64,000 bases of DNA from Hypanus sabinus (GCF_030144855.1 NC_082726.1:47368001-47432000), one strand, 5' to 3'; shown: positions 37,835 through 50,399, numbered from the stretch's first letter. Translations and numbers: made by a program. Notes: generated by a model not told the origin, from the sequence alone.

Positions 37835-38377
37835 GCTTCTTAACTTTTTAGGACTACTGAGCTTCTTTGAAATCAGTGGCAAGCTATTCTCAGCATTGTT
37901 GGCATAAGCAGCATCTGCAGGTTTGCCACCTAGCTTGGAACACACTGAAACTGGAACTTTGGTTCTTGAACCATCGTCATGACCGTGACTCAGAAAAGAC
38001 CCAATTGCAAATTTTTCATAGAGTTCCTTGTTATAACTTGGAACTATCTGGAGTTCAACAGCAGGAAATCACAATGCGTTTCAGAAAACCTCTTGTGCTT
38101 CAACAAAGGTCTTGTCTGTTAAATCACAGTCATTGATTTTGATGATACATTCATTCTCCTGGAGCAGGTTCTCTTTTCTTGAATGGCTGTTCTCTTCAAT
38201 ACCACAAATACTCAGGCCAAGGAATCTTCCACTCAGCGTAGAGTTAAAAGGCACCACATGAATTCCCAGGGGGCCACCACCTCCAGAAATTTCTACTTTC
38301 TTGTCCGGTGGTGCTGCAGGCTCTGTTCTTGCATTGCCTGCAGGTGCCCCATTTGCTACTGTTACAATTGGCTTCAC
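37835..38377 (-). pseudogene. PARD3B: Intronless captured fragment of a PARD3B-like (Par-3 beta) mRNA: PDZ1 domain plus downstream linker
   Basis: Translation KKVEISGGGGPLGIHVVPFNSTLSGRFLGLSICGIEENSHSRKENLLQENECIIKINDCDLTDKTFVEAQEVF*NAL*FPAVELQIVPSYNKELYEKFAIGSFLSHGHDDGSRTKVP. It aligns residue for residue with PARD3B PDZ1 as I recall it (VEISGEGGPLGIHVVPFFSSLSGRILGLFIRGIEDNSRSKREGLFHENECIVKINNVDLVDKTFAQAQDVFRQAM...NREQYEKSVIGS...KTKVP). Two TGA stops at 38083-38081 and 38071-38069. Junctions approximate. Confidence 0.88.
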
Positions 38378-39518
38378 ATGCCAGTTGAGCCGGATTTTGC
38401 GAAGCCAATCGCAGCCCAAAAGACTGGGCCCACTGCCCTTAGCTATCACCAGCCTGGCTTCAGCCTTCTGGCCCCTGGCCAAAATATCCACTTATAACAC
38501 CCCTAAATGAGGTATGGGCTGCACCGTATAGGTCCTGAGTTGGAGCTTAGATGGTCTGATGGGAGGCAGGTTGGATCCCCATGTCCTCCTGTAGACCTCT
38601 TCACTAATGACCGATGTAGTAGCCCCTGAATCAATCTCGAACTTAATGTCCTTTCCCTTGACAGTGACTGTGGCATGATATGGTTCAGGTGGTTCCTCAT
38701 CCGTTTCCACCCCAAACATGTTGTAGGCACACGCTGCCTCTCCGTCTGCTTCTCCTAGGTGGTGTGTGGCTGCCCGAGTCTGTTGAGCTTTCCCCTGCTC
38801 AGTCTTAACCTCACCCTTTATGCTCCTGCACTTTTTAACTAAACGTCCCTTTTTGCTACAAGCATGGCAGACTATATCTTTGAAGTTACAAACATTTGCA
38901 TAGTGCATTCCTCCACACCGAAAACATTTCACCCGCTTTTCCTGTCTACCAGTCTCCCTCCTGACTTGGAGCACTGCCGTCGACTGCAACCCCCATATCC
39001 TTGGCGTTATTAGCAGCCATCTCCATGCCTTGGCAATTTCTGGGGCCTTCTTGAAAGCCAACGGTGGGGCGTTATCCCCAATAAGCGGTGTTGTACGGCA
39101 GCATTATTAATGCCGCATACTAATCTGTCACGAAGCATGTCATCCAACATGGCTCCGAAACCGCAATGCTCCGACAGCTGCCAAAGCTCGGCCACAAAAT
39201 CACCCACAGTCTGACCTGGCTTCTGGACAGGGCTGTGAAACTTGAACCTTTGAACTATCACCGAAGACTTCAGATTGTGGTGGTTCCCCACGAGCTTGAC
39301 CAGTTTGTCGTATGGAATTTCTCCCGGTTTCCACGGTGTAGCTAAGTTCTGTATCAGCTTTTACGTCTTTACCCCCCACATACACTCAGGAGAACAGAGC
39401 ATTTCTTAGCCTCCTCAGTAATTCCATTAGCACAGAAAAAGTGGCCCAACCTTTCCTCTTACTCCGGCCACTCCTCGATTTGCTCGTTGAACACACCGAC
39501 CGTTCCGAACGCAGCCGT
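38378..39518 (-). pseudogene. Decayed gag and protease of the Mag-like element
   Basis: EEWPE*EERLGHFFCANGI, IVQRFKFH, MLRDRLVCGI, knuckle CFRCGGMHYANVC plus a second degenerate one, protease IDSGAT...GPSLLGCDWLRKIRLNW. Several stops and frameshifts. Confidence 0.9.
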
Positions 39519-39592
39519 CCGAACACGAGGCTCCTCGCCCGCTCACAGCTCCTGATCGAAAACAGGGCCGACCCGTCCACAAAACCAGTTTA

Positions 39593-39603
39593 CCTCGTCG
39601 CCA
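39593..39603 (-). promoter_or_regulatory. tRNA primer-binding site, complementary to the tRNA-Ser(GCU) 3' end
   Basis: Minus strand TGGCGACGAGG lies 6 nt inside the 5' LTR boundary. Vertebrate tRNA-Ser(GCU) ends ...CCUCGUCGCCA (from memory). Confidence 0.8.
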
Positions 39604-39609
39604 AAAATA

Positions 39610-40278
39610 TGTGGTAACTTCTACTTTACAAAAAGACCACTCGACAACTTGATGGCCAAAGGAGCATCTTTATTTGGGACGGCAAATGATATTTACAATA
39701 CAGAGGCTTCCCGGTACCTTGGGTGGAGGAACTATATACAATGCATACTGAGAGTAAAAAGAGCGGAAGTAATGTCAAGCCAAGTCAAGTCACTTTTATT
39801 GTCATTTCGACCATAACTGCTGGTACAGTGCATAGTAAAAATGAGACAACGTTTTTCAGGACCATGGTGTTACATGACACAGTACAAAAACTAGACTGAA
39901 CTACGTAATAAAAAAAACAACACAGAGAAAGCTACACTAGACATCAGACCTACACAGGACTGCATAAAGTGCACAAAAAAAGTGCAGACATTTACAATAA
40001 ATAATAAACAGGACAGTAGAGCAAGGTATCAGTCCAGGCTTCGGGTATTGAGGAGTCTGATAGCTTGGAGGAAGAAACTGTTACATAGTCTGGTCGTGAG
40101 AGCCCGAATGCTTTGGAGCCTTTTCCCAGATGGCAGGAGGGAGATGAGATTGTATGAGGGGTGCATGGGGTCCCTCATGAGAGCCCATGCCAACCCCGCC
40201 AACCCTGGATCCCGCCTCTTGCTACCAACAGCTCCCCGATCAGTATTAACTTACTTTTAATAATACTCACAGTAAACA
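39610..40278 (-). repeat. 5' LTR of the Mag-like element, split by a LINE insertion
   Basis: Matches 37177-37437 up to GAGCGGAAGTAATG (39774) and resumes at ACCCCGCC (40193). Confidence 0.9.
39775..40192 (-). mobile_element. 5'-truncated Rex1/Babar-type LINE 3' end inserted in the LTR
   Basis: (TTGAC)n-like tail and AATAAA on the minus strand; encodes a ...LLPSGKRL...L.NSFF..AIRLLN-type C-terminus. No clear TSD. Confidence 0.75.
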
Positions 40279-41342
40279 TAAGGAGCAGGGGAAGGACTCA
40301 GCGGTTATCAGTAACACTGATAATGATTATTTTCTGTTTGTGTGAGCTTACTATGTACAAGTTGGTTGCTGGGTTTTGTAGATAACTACACTTACACTTA
40401 CACAAAGTACTTAATTGGAGGTACATGTGTTATCATTAAAGTGATGTGAAAGTTGAAAGGCAAGTCCTTTTGCCACTTGTTTCCTGCTAATAGTGACTTA
40501 GACTCTCAGAATGTTCGATCTACCAAAGTTTACCTCAACAAAGTATCTTTATATATCTGGGGGTTCAGATAGGATAAAAGCCACATCTTTTTTTCTAGGC
40601 TGTAGAATGCCCTCAAAACCCATTAAAACAGTGGAATGTCTTTTAAATGAAAGATAGCCCCAGTGGCTGTCATCTCAGAGTTTAATGGCGGTTTTGCCCT
40701 GTTAATATGATGAAGTGAGATTGAGGCTTGGGCCTACTCCTTTGGCTGCTTCAGTTGGAATCTGGTTCGGAATCCTGACATTTTCGTCTGTTGTTTGCAT
40801 GAAGTGTGTTTTGTTTCCTCTTTGCCGAGCGGTTATGGTTTCTTTTTAAATTGGGTTCTTGGGTTTCTTGCTTTGTGGCTGCCCGTAAGCAAACAAATCT
40901 CAACGTCGGATAATTTGTACATTCTTTGATAATAAATGTACTTTGATGTTGATAGATGAGCATGCGTGGCATTAAATCAGAATAATAGCCTGAACTGGAA
41001 AATATGGAGCCTTTGAAAAGAATGCCGGAGAGGGTTAGCAGGAAGCTGCTTGAATTAGAAGACAAGGGCTACAAGGAGAGATTCAACAACATTTGAGACA
41101 TGCGTGGCTGTAGCTGCTGGTATCCAGAGCAGCAAACAACCTGCTGGAAGAACTCTGTGGGTGCAGTGGGAGAAAAGAACAAATTTGTGTTATTTTTGCT
41201 GGAGCATCAGAGGCTGAGGGGAGACCTGATGAAAGTTTATTTCATTATGTGACATATGAATACAGTAGAGAGAATACTTTTCCCAAGGCAGAATATATAT
41301 GATACTAAAGGATAAGCTTGAAGTAGAAAAGTTTAAGAGAGA

Positions 41343-41487
41343 GCAAACACGAGGAAATCTGCAGATGCTGGAAATGGAAGCAACACACACAGAATGCTGG
41401 TGGAACACAGCAGGCCAGGCAGCATCTTTATGAAGAAGCACTGTCAACGTTTCGGGTGTTTCACCAGCATTTTGTGTGTGTTGCTGT
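41343..41487. mobile_element. Mini inverted Penelope-end insertion inside a CR1 fragment
   Basis: Same terminal sequence as 35530-35640 plus a short inverted end. 14-bp TSD AAGTTTAAGAGAGA (41329-41342, 41488-41501). Confidence 0.8.
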
Positions 41488-42849
41488 AAGTTTAAGAGAG
41501 ATGTGTGTGTGTGTGTGTGTGTGGGGGGGGGGGTGCGCGGGGAGGAGGGATGAGCTTTGCCACTTAGAGACTCATAGGAGTCTGCAGGGGTATAGTGGTA
41601 GAAACAGATATGATAGTGGCATTCAAGAGGCTGTTAGATATATTCAAGAACTGGTTTATGTGCTAGCTCAAGAGATGTAATTTAATTTGGCATTGTGTTT
41701 GGTGCAGACATGACGGGTGAAATGACCTTTGCCTGTGTGATGCTGTTGTCCAACAGTAGGAATGGGGGATTGTGTGGAACCTAAACAGCCGATGGGTCAA
41801 ATGGCTGTTGCTTTAACTTTCAAATTTAAAAAAACGAATCATATTCAAAGAGTATCCTAACAAAGACGGGAGAAGTATAGGGGTGGAGAGATTGGTGGAG
41901 CTATTATTACATTTTTATGTTCCCAAACTGCTAATCCTTACACTGGAATCAGATTTATTATGAATCTTATTGTGCCCCAAGGACTTGTCCATAAAATACA
42001 TCTAATAGCATTGTTGAAATGGTTTGAATAAAGCTTAAAAATCCACTCTTGACCTGGCAACCACATCCCCCCACCCCCATTTCCCTATAGTTCTGGTAGA
42101 AGAAGTAACAGCATTGTAGCGTTTCTCAGTCACTTATTAGATTCAGATGTTGGGTGCAGAGGAAAGCTGCAGGATGTAAATTAAATCCTGCACGGCTCCT
42201 GCTTGCCTCATTTTGTAAACTCCGACTCAAGTGCTACAGTGAAAGAGCATGAAGAAAGCCAACAAGGGCCCCATTCTTCCCTCCACTGGGTTGATTACCA
42301 ACCAGGATCTTGTTACTCTGGTTCCAGCTCTGAGATTTCATCTGCAGCTCGGGTGATGACACGGGCTCCCTTTGGCTACGCACTGTTGTGCCAAACACGG
42401 TACGTTGCCAAGGAATTCGCAGCTCAGCTCCGCATTACATCCCGAGCTTGTCCAATTCCCTCTGCTTCCAGTCGGAGCACACTGGAAGGGGAAGGAATGT
42501 GTTCTGCAGCCAGATTCAGACCTCACTATCCAACCATTTAGACTGCAAGGACCCACCGACGGGTTTACATAGTCTGAAAGTGGGAGATGCATTGATGATG
42601 GATTAGCAGAACCTGGTGTTGGGTTCGCATATTCATTGACTCTGTTACCCATTGCTCATCTCCAAGTTAAATTCTGTTGTCCTTTACCTCCAGCGTCCAT
42701 GCTCAATAATGCTAGGGAGGGGCAGTAGTTGTAGCTACAGTAGAGACGCAGAGCATAGAAATAGGCCCTCCAGTTCACTGAGTCTGCACCAACTATCACA
42801 CACCAATTTACACTGTACACTTGATTCTCCTATAAACTGCCTCGGATTT

Positions 42850-43520
42850 GTAACTGGTTTATTAATGTTACATGTACCATGGAAAATTAAAAAGTTTGTT
42901 TTGCTTGCCTTCCATACAAATCATTTCACCACATTGCAGCGGTACAAATGAAAATCAGCAATAGAATGCAGAATAAAGTGTTACAGTTACAACGAAAGTG
43001 TGTTACAGGTAGACAATTAAGTGCATGGCCATAATGAAGTAGATTGTGAGGTCAAGGGTGGATCCTAATACACAAAAGCTCCATTTATTTGTCTTATACC
43101 ATCAGGTTAGAAGCTGTCCTTAAGCCTGGTAGTACCTGCTTTCAGGTTTTTGAACTTTCTGCCTGATGGAAGAGGGGAGAAGAGAGATGGTCAGGCTGTG
43201 TGGGGTCTTTGATTATGTAGGTTGCTTTATCAAAGCAGTGAGGAGTGTAGTTGGATGATGGAAGAGAGGCTGGTGTTTGTAATGTGCCGAGTGTGTGCAC
43301 AACTCTCTGCAGTTCATTGCAGTCTTTGCCACACCAAACCATGATGCATCTGAAAAGGGTGCTCATTTTGGTGCAGCTATGCATAATGGTGAGGGTCAAC
43401 GGGAGCTTACCATATTTCTTTGGCCTTCTGAGGAAGTAGAGGCGCAGCTGTGGCTTCTTGACCATGGTGTTTTTATGGTTAGAGCAGGACAAACTATTGG
43501 TGATGTTCAACAAGAGTAAA
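42850..43520 (-). mobile_element. Degenerate Rex1/Babar-type LINE 3' region
   Basis: ORF 43142-43537: KKPQLRLYFLRRPKK...CIMVWCG...ELQRVV...ATYIIKDPTQP. Confidence 0.75.
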
Positions 43521-44880
43521 ACTGCGGCACCCACCAACGCTCAAGGGGCAATTTACAATGGCCTGTCAATCTGCACATCTCTGGGGTGCAAGAGGAAACC
43601 AGAGTACCAGAGGAAACCTACACAGTAGCAGGAAGAACATGCAAACTCCACATGGCCAGCATGGAAAGTCAGGATTGAACCTGGGTCACCGAGTTGTGAG
43701 GCAGGAGCTCTGCTCCACTCACTGCTTATCAATTGTTCTTTTTAATGTACACCGGACAGGTCAGAGAGTTACTGCGTGTGCAGAGGGATCTCAGTTAAGA
43801 AACTTCTAAGAGGCAGGATCAGCAGTACAGCATGAAAGCAGGGTGGGACCAAGTAAATCACAAGTCTTTATCTTCAAGCTATTCATGTGTGTGCTTTACA
43901 ACATCCAATTAAAGTTAAAAGAGCTTTTTAATTAAGATCTCAATGTTTTGCCCACAAGAGCGGCAGATGTTCCAGATGCGAAGAAATCTGGCAGCCTCTA
44001 ATTTTTGTGTCTCTGAGTTTCCTTCCTCTCATTATTCCTGCATCAGAATCCATATTGTTCATTTGTTTCCACTGTCTCTCACTAATTTGTGCTTAAGGGA
44101 AAGGTTTGTTTTTTTTTACACATCTATGGCTGTGCAGATCTGTAGTGTGATGGAAATGTGTTGCCTGTCACCACAGCTCAGTCTGCCTGTCCCAACTGAG
44201 CAGTGAGTGGGTCTCTAACCTTGCCAGCGTGCACTCCGGAGATGAGGAGTTAACAGAGCGAGTTATGATAGACGTTGCACTCACGTGATTGACAGAGTGG
44301 ATCAGAATGGAAACGCAGAGTGGATCTTTGCTTACTCTGCATCTTCTGGACAACAGAAATAAAGCAATTTTAGAACAATTCCTTCAGCCCCTCCACTCTT
44401 CAAACAGGCCTTGGTGAATATGGAGAACATGGAACATAGAACACTAAAGCACAGGAATAACCCCTTCGAGAATGATGCCAAATTAATCTAATCCATTCTG
44501 CCTATACATGTGCTTATGTGCTCATGTGCTTATCTAAGAGTTTCTTGAAGGCCACTGTCTTATCTGCTTCCACCACCACCCTTGGCAGTGCACTCCTACT
44601 GTTCTGTGATTAAAAAAATAAAACGTACACATCAGAATCAGGCTTAACATCACTGACATATGTTGCAAAACTTGTTGTCTTGTGACAGCTGTACAGTGCA
44701 ATACATAAAAAATTGCTGAGTTTTCAAAATGAAATATATCAAGGAAATTAGTGAGGTGTTGCTCATGGAGGACAGTTCAGAAATCTGATGGCGGAGGGAA
44801 TCCTATTAAAACAGCCCCTTCTCAGCAAAGCCCTCTGGAATTTGACATTTCGACCCTGGGCACAAGATTCTGTCTCTGAA

Positions 44881-44916
44881 TGTTGTGTATTCAATATTTT
44901 AGTTACATTTGAGTAA

Positions 44917-44977
<61 letters not shown>

Positions 44978-45245
44978 AATGTGAGTTTTCTATGCAGAGA
45001 GTGGTGAGTGTGTGGAATGGGCTGCCGGTGCCAGTGGTGGAGGCGGATATGATAGGGTCTTATAAGAGACTTTTAGATAGGTACATGGAACTTAGTAAGA
45101 CAGAGGGCTATAGGTAAGCCTTAGTAATTTCTAACGTAGGAACATGTTCGGCTCAACTTTGTGGGCCGAAGGTCCTGTATTGTGCTGTAGGTTTTCTATG
45201 TTTTTTAAAATATAGATATATATAAACAAGAATGCTTAATCAAAC

Positions 45246-45297
<52 letters not shown>

Positions 45298-45490
45298 GTT
45301 TGATTAAGCATTCTTGATTAAATAATTAAATATGGGTTATATGTAAAAATATGTGAATTCCATCTGTCATCACACTACCAAGTAATACGTGCGTGTCTTA
45401 CTTAAAAGTAAACATGAAGTTAAGACCTGCATTTCAAACTCCCATGTCTTCTTTTGAATTAGTTTAATGTTTTGAAGTTGCAAAACAACA
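44881..45490. mobile_element. Old solo-LTR-like repeat interrupted by (TG)n tracts and a CR1 3' fragment
   Basis: TGTTGTG...AAACAACA ends, homology to 23196-23414, CR1 3' end at about 44980-45200. Confidence 0.55.
44919..44976. repeat. (TG)n microsatellite
   Basis: Directly visible; a second tract lies at 45254-45294. Confidence 0.95.
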
Positions 45491-47339
45491 TGTAGCATAA
45501 TGTATCGCTCAACTACCCAATGCCTCTCATAAAACTATCCACCCACCATGGTCTGTAACTCACCAAGCCCGCACCTTTATAGATTCAGATTAAGTTTCAT
45601 TTATTTATCACATGTACACCGAAGCATGTGATGAAATATATTATTTGTGTTAAGTCCGCAAGTACCGCCCCACTTAGCCAACATAGCAAACCCACAATTT
45701 TTGGCAGAATAACACAGAACAGAACAAGTCAGAACAAAACAAGCAACAAAACAATCCTTGTTCAACCCAGTTTCAGTGACCCTGCTTCTATGCTGCAGTG
45801 TTCGATGACCCTGTGGCCAAACAAAAATTTTCATTGGGTTCCCGGCTCAGGCAGAACGATGCACTGGGTTAGTGATACTGGACATGGGGTGAGCATTGGC
45901 TAGGACACTAAGCAGAGCTCCCCTTCTCTTCAGTGTCATATCAAAGGATCATAACTGCACCTGTATAAAGCATCCATCGCACCTCCAACAGTGCAGCACT
46001 CCCTCAACACTGCACCAGGAGGGTCATCCTCGATATTGACCCGTGAGCCAGAAATGAGACTCAATCACAGTCATGTCACCAGGCACTGACGCGGAAGAAA
46101 GCAGAAGGAACTTTGTCTTTTCTTATTTTGTATGCACTGTTGTTAGAAATGAACTCTTGTGTTTGATCTTCCCATCATTTTATCTGACACTCTCTATTGT
46201 CTGGGTGGGAGAGAGGGGAGTGTCCTTGTGATGTCCTTGGTAATAGGGTAGAGAAGAAAGTTGCTTTAGCTAATTCTCATGGGCATCAACTCCTGCCATT
46301 ATGTCTGATGCAATTCCCTGTGCAATCACACGGGCTGGCTGATTCACTGCATTTTCAGGTTTTTACTAAAATAAGCAACAAGTGACAACCCACAGACAGT
46401 GCTGTTGTCTCATGACTCCAGTGACCTGGGTTTGATTCTGACACCAGCGCTGTCTGGGTGCAGTTTGCACATTTTGGACCATGCGGGTTTCTCCTGGCTT
46501 GGGATATTGGTAAATTTGTTTATTATTGTCACAGTGAAAGACTTTGCTTTGCATGCTATCCATACAGATCATTTCACTCAAACAATGCATTGGAATAGTA
46601 CAAGGAAAGGTTAAACACAGAACAGAGTGTTAAAGTTGCAGAGGAAGTGCAGCACTGGCAGACAATAAGGTGCAAGGCCACAATGAGATAGACTATGAGG
46701 TCAGTATTCCATTTTATCAGACTTGGGGACCATTCAATAGTCCCATAATAACAGGACATAGGCTATCTAGTTCAAGTTTATTGCCATTTAAACATACACT
46801 TGTATGTATACAGCTAAACGAAAAATCATTCCTCTGGGGCCAAGGTGAAAACACAGTACATATAGTCACACATAGGCACATATAGTTACAATCCAGCACA
46901 CACAGTCATAAAATATTATTAAATTAAGGACCTAAGTGGCAAGGCTTGAAGATAAACAGGTCGATGTAAAGTGCAAGGAGCATGATTATGTACGACAGTG
47001 TAATGTTACTGACACCATTATAATAAAACAAGCAAACATATAAATATGTGAAGCAGCAGCAATACAAGATGAAAAGTGACCTGTGCAAGATGAGAGTGTG
47101 TCTGAGAGTTGCGAGTGAGTGGGAGGGGTGTTGCAGGGCGTTCAGTCAGGGTGTACACGTGTGCTAGGTGGGGATCGGTTGGTTAATTGAGCCACTGTTA
47201 ACAGCTCTTAATGGGGAAGAATCCCAAAGTGTTAATAAGTTTTGCTGGGCTGGTGTGAGTGAACAGATTGCAGGGAAGTAATTGGGGAAAGGGGTGGCTT
47301 GATGGGATGAATGGCCTTCCAGTTGGTGGTAAGGAATCG

Positions 47340-47990
47340 AAATGCAATGTTAGCATTAATTTCGAGGGGACTAGAATATAAAGTGAGGATCTAATGCTGA
47401 GACTTTATAAGGCATTGGTCAATCTGTGCTTGGAGTATTGTGAGCAGTTTTGGTTTCTTTTTCTAAGAAAGAGTGTGCTAGCATTGGAGAGGGTCCAGAG
47501 GAAGTTCACAAGAATGATCCCAAAAATGAAAGGGTTAATGTATGAGGAGCATTTGATAACTCTGAAACCATTCTATAGTTTAGAAGAATGGTGGGGGGGG
47601 TGGGGAGAATCTCATTGAAACTTACTGAGTTTTAAAAGGCCTGGATAGAGAGGACATGGAGGGGTGGTTTCCTACAGTGAGTGAGTCTAGGATGAGAAAG
47701 CAAAGCCTCAGAAGAAACGGACATTCTTGCAGAACAATGATGAGGAGGAATTTCTTTAGCCAGAGGGTGGTGAATCTGTGGAATTCTTTGCCACAGACGG
47801 CCATGGAGACCCAAGTAATTGGGTATGGAAAAAGTGGATGTTGATAAATTCTTGATTAGTAAGGGCATCAAAGGTTACAGGGAGAAGGCAGGAGAATGGG
47901 GTTGAGAGGGATAATAAATCAGTGATGATGGAATGGCGGACGAGATTCAATGGGCAAAATGGCCTTCTTCTGCTCCCATCTTATGGGCTA
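47340..47990 (+). mobile_element. Degenerate CR1 LINE 3' fragment
   Basis: MLRLYKALV..CLEYCEQFW...LERVQRKFTRMIP and RRNFFSQRVVNLWNSLP, followed by the CR1 3' UTR. Confidence 0.85.
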
Positions 47991-48519
47991 TATCTTTATG
48001 AAATATATAAAGCAGTTTTCTTAAGAAGCTGCTTCAGAGGCTGTTGGTTTCATGCCCTGGAAATTCTGACAGAATATGTGGAGTTCAAGGAATGCTGTGA
48101 AAGATTATAAGGAGATTGAAATTCATACTAATTTATTATGAATGTTCATTTAATTAAAGAAGACAGGCAGCTCACTCAAGTTAACCTGTAGGAAGCTGCA
48201 CTTGCCATGTCAGACATCAGGCACACTGCTGCAGCTTAGTGTGAACTCACCTAAAGGGTTAATAACTTAATTTTGAACAAAAGGCTTTGATTGAGCCATG
48301 ATCTTCCGGGAGAGGGGCGGAAAAATGAAAATCTCTTAATCATCGAGCATCTTAATCCACGTTTATTATTGTTTTAATGCAGGCTTTATTAATTAGCAAA
48401 AGCAATCATCTTTTGCCATTTGCAAGTGACATTCCTCATTCTTCACCCTGACCCTTTGACATTTTCCTTTGATGGCTTCTCTCAAGTCTAGGCTGAGAAG
48501 CCAGTGTCGCTCTGTAGGA

Positions 48520-48584
48520 TCTGTTAGATCTGGGAGGCAGTTCTGTTAGATCTGGGAGGCAGTTCTGTTAGATCTGGGAGGCAG
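48520..48584. repeat. 22-bp tandem repeat, 3 copies
   Basis: Unit TCTGTTAGATCTGGGAGGCAGT. Confidence 0.92.
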
Positions 48585-50399
48585 GCTGGACTTTTAACAA
48601 GGGCCGGTTAAAGAGGTAGTTAAAGCACAAGCAAGAGGCAAGCAGGCTTTACTTCAGGAATCCATGAAGGAATTCTAGACGAGGATTCAGATTTATTTAT
48701 CACATCTACATCTAAACATACAGTGAAATATGTCATTTGGGTAAACAGCCAACACACCTCAGAATAAGTTGGTTCAGCTGCAAGTGCTGCCACACATTCC
48801 AGTGCCATCACAGCACTCTCACAATTCTAGCCTAGATTGAGGGGATTCACAGACCTCAGGGAAATTCAGCTGAGGGAGGTTTGAAAATGGTTAAATGGAA
48901 GCACTTAATGGATCAGGAATTAATGCAGGTAACTGATGTATTACAAAGTTGAAAGGTGAGACTACAGAATGAATTGTCCTTGTACCTCGGCTTGTGCCTA
49001 GTTCAGTAATCTCAGCTGAGTCAGTGAAAGTGATTCCTTGGGAAAGACACTTGTCCCCAGATAAGGGATGGAAAATCACTCAGGCTTCTGTTAGTATTCA
49101 AAATCTCTGGAAAACTTGCATGTGGGCATGATCAGTCTCAGCTCTAATGTCTCTTGCAGTCAAATAATCTCATAGCTGTTCAGTCAGTTACATGTCAACT
49201 CTATGTTTCTTTTATTGCTGGGGCTTGCTACTATCCCTGTAGAAGTCGACCCACAGCTTTCAGGTATTGAAGAGAAGGCAACAAATCTTCGTGAGTCAAA
49301 GAGTTCGTAGCTATCATGTGGATTGGACGATTTCACAAAGGATCAGGCTTTTAGTTAGAATCGTTGAACCCCAAGATGGTGTGATACAAGTGCTTGCTCT
49401 GTGGGTCAGCCAGCAGCTGTGGAGGGAAACGGATAGTTGACACGTTTCAAGTCACAACTCTTCACCTGCACCAAGCGTGTGGTGATCAGGAATGGAAAAG
49501 ATCTTCCCATTTAAGCCTTCCCTTATTTTCAGCAAGCTGGGCATGAAGAATAAATAGCTGACTAGCCAATGGGATGGTTTCTCAAGCGACTAAGGAAAAT
49601 ATGAAAGGGAAAAGCAATTCAAGCCCTTGAGCCATAAAACGCTAACGTGGCTGATCTGTGACATCACTCCACTGCCCTGCCCATTCTGCATGTCGTGAAG
49701 TATCTCTGGGCTGGGCATGGGAAAGCAATCAGTTTGAGGCGGTGATCGTATTTTTAAAGTGAAAGACTTACGCAAAACCTGTCCAGTTTATTCCATTGCT
49801 TTTTTTTCCCCCCACGTGTATTTGCTCACTGGGTTGAAACTCTGCTGCCATTCCTTAACCTATCTTTGCCTGTGTGTCAACCTTCGTATTAATATTTTTG
49901 TAACTCAATCTTCAAAGTTACTGCGGGAAGGTGATTCAAATTGATCTTATTTGCATTACCAGTTCAACTCTTTTTATCGATTGCTTTGGAAGATGTACTA
50001 AGGGCTATTGACTAGCCTGCTAAATTTAATTTTGAAGAAGAGGGTTATGAATCAAATGAGTTGAAACAGAGCCAACAAGTTAATATCTTTCTGTCCTCCC
50101 TGTGTAAGGCCTTGTGCTCATGCACTTGTCTGATCAGAATTCCTTGCAGTTCAGATCAACAAAATTAAGTCCTGATTTTTTTTAAAAAAATGTGATTTAA
50201 AGATTCCATGAGAGTTCAGGTCATCTCATTTAAAGGAGGGATGTGGTTGCAGTAGAGTGGTATACGGCAAACTTACTGTGGCTGGAAGAGAAAGGGTAGC
50301 AGGTGCAGGGAACCATCTTCCTCCACCTCCTCACTCCCATCCTGACTGGGAAATGCACTTTCAGTGGCCACAACCATACAACTCGATAATGCAAATACC

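Larger units (their letters stand above)
37177..40278 (-). mobile_element. Internally deleted Mag-like Ty3/Gypsy LTR element carrying a captured host gene fragment
   Basis: LTRs at 37177-37437 and 39610-39774 plus 40193-40278 (about 94-95% identical by eye, one 10-bp indel). TSD TAAGG (37172-37176, 40279-40283). PBS TGGCGACGAGG. PPT AAAGGGGCAGAAG. Decayed gag, protease and pol tail. Confidence 0.93.

Noticed and set aside
37835-38377. A genuine exon of the host PARD3B locus
   Set aside because: It lies between LTRs, is fused to protease and the Pol tail, has two in-frame stops, shows no evident splice boundaries, and no other PARD3B exons appear in the window.
42203-42652. Cluster of 66-112 aa ORFs in unique sequence (possible exon)
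   Set aside because: No recognisable protein similarity in any frame and no convincing paired splice sites; cannot be excluded without RNA data.
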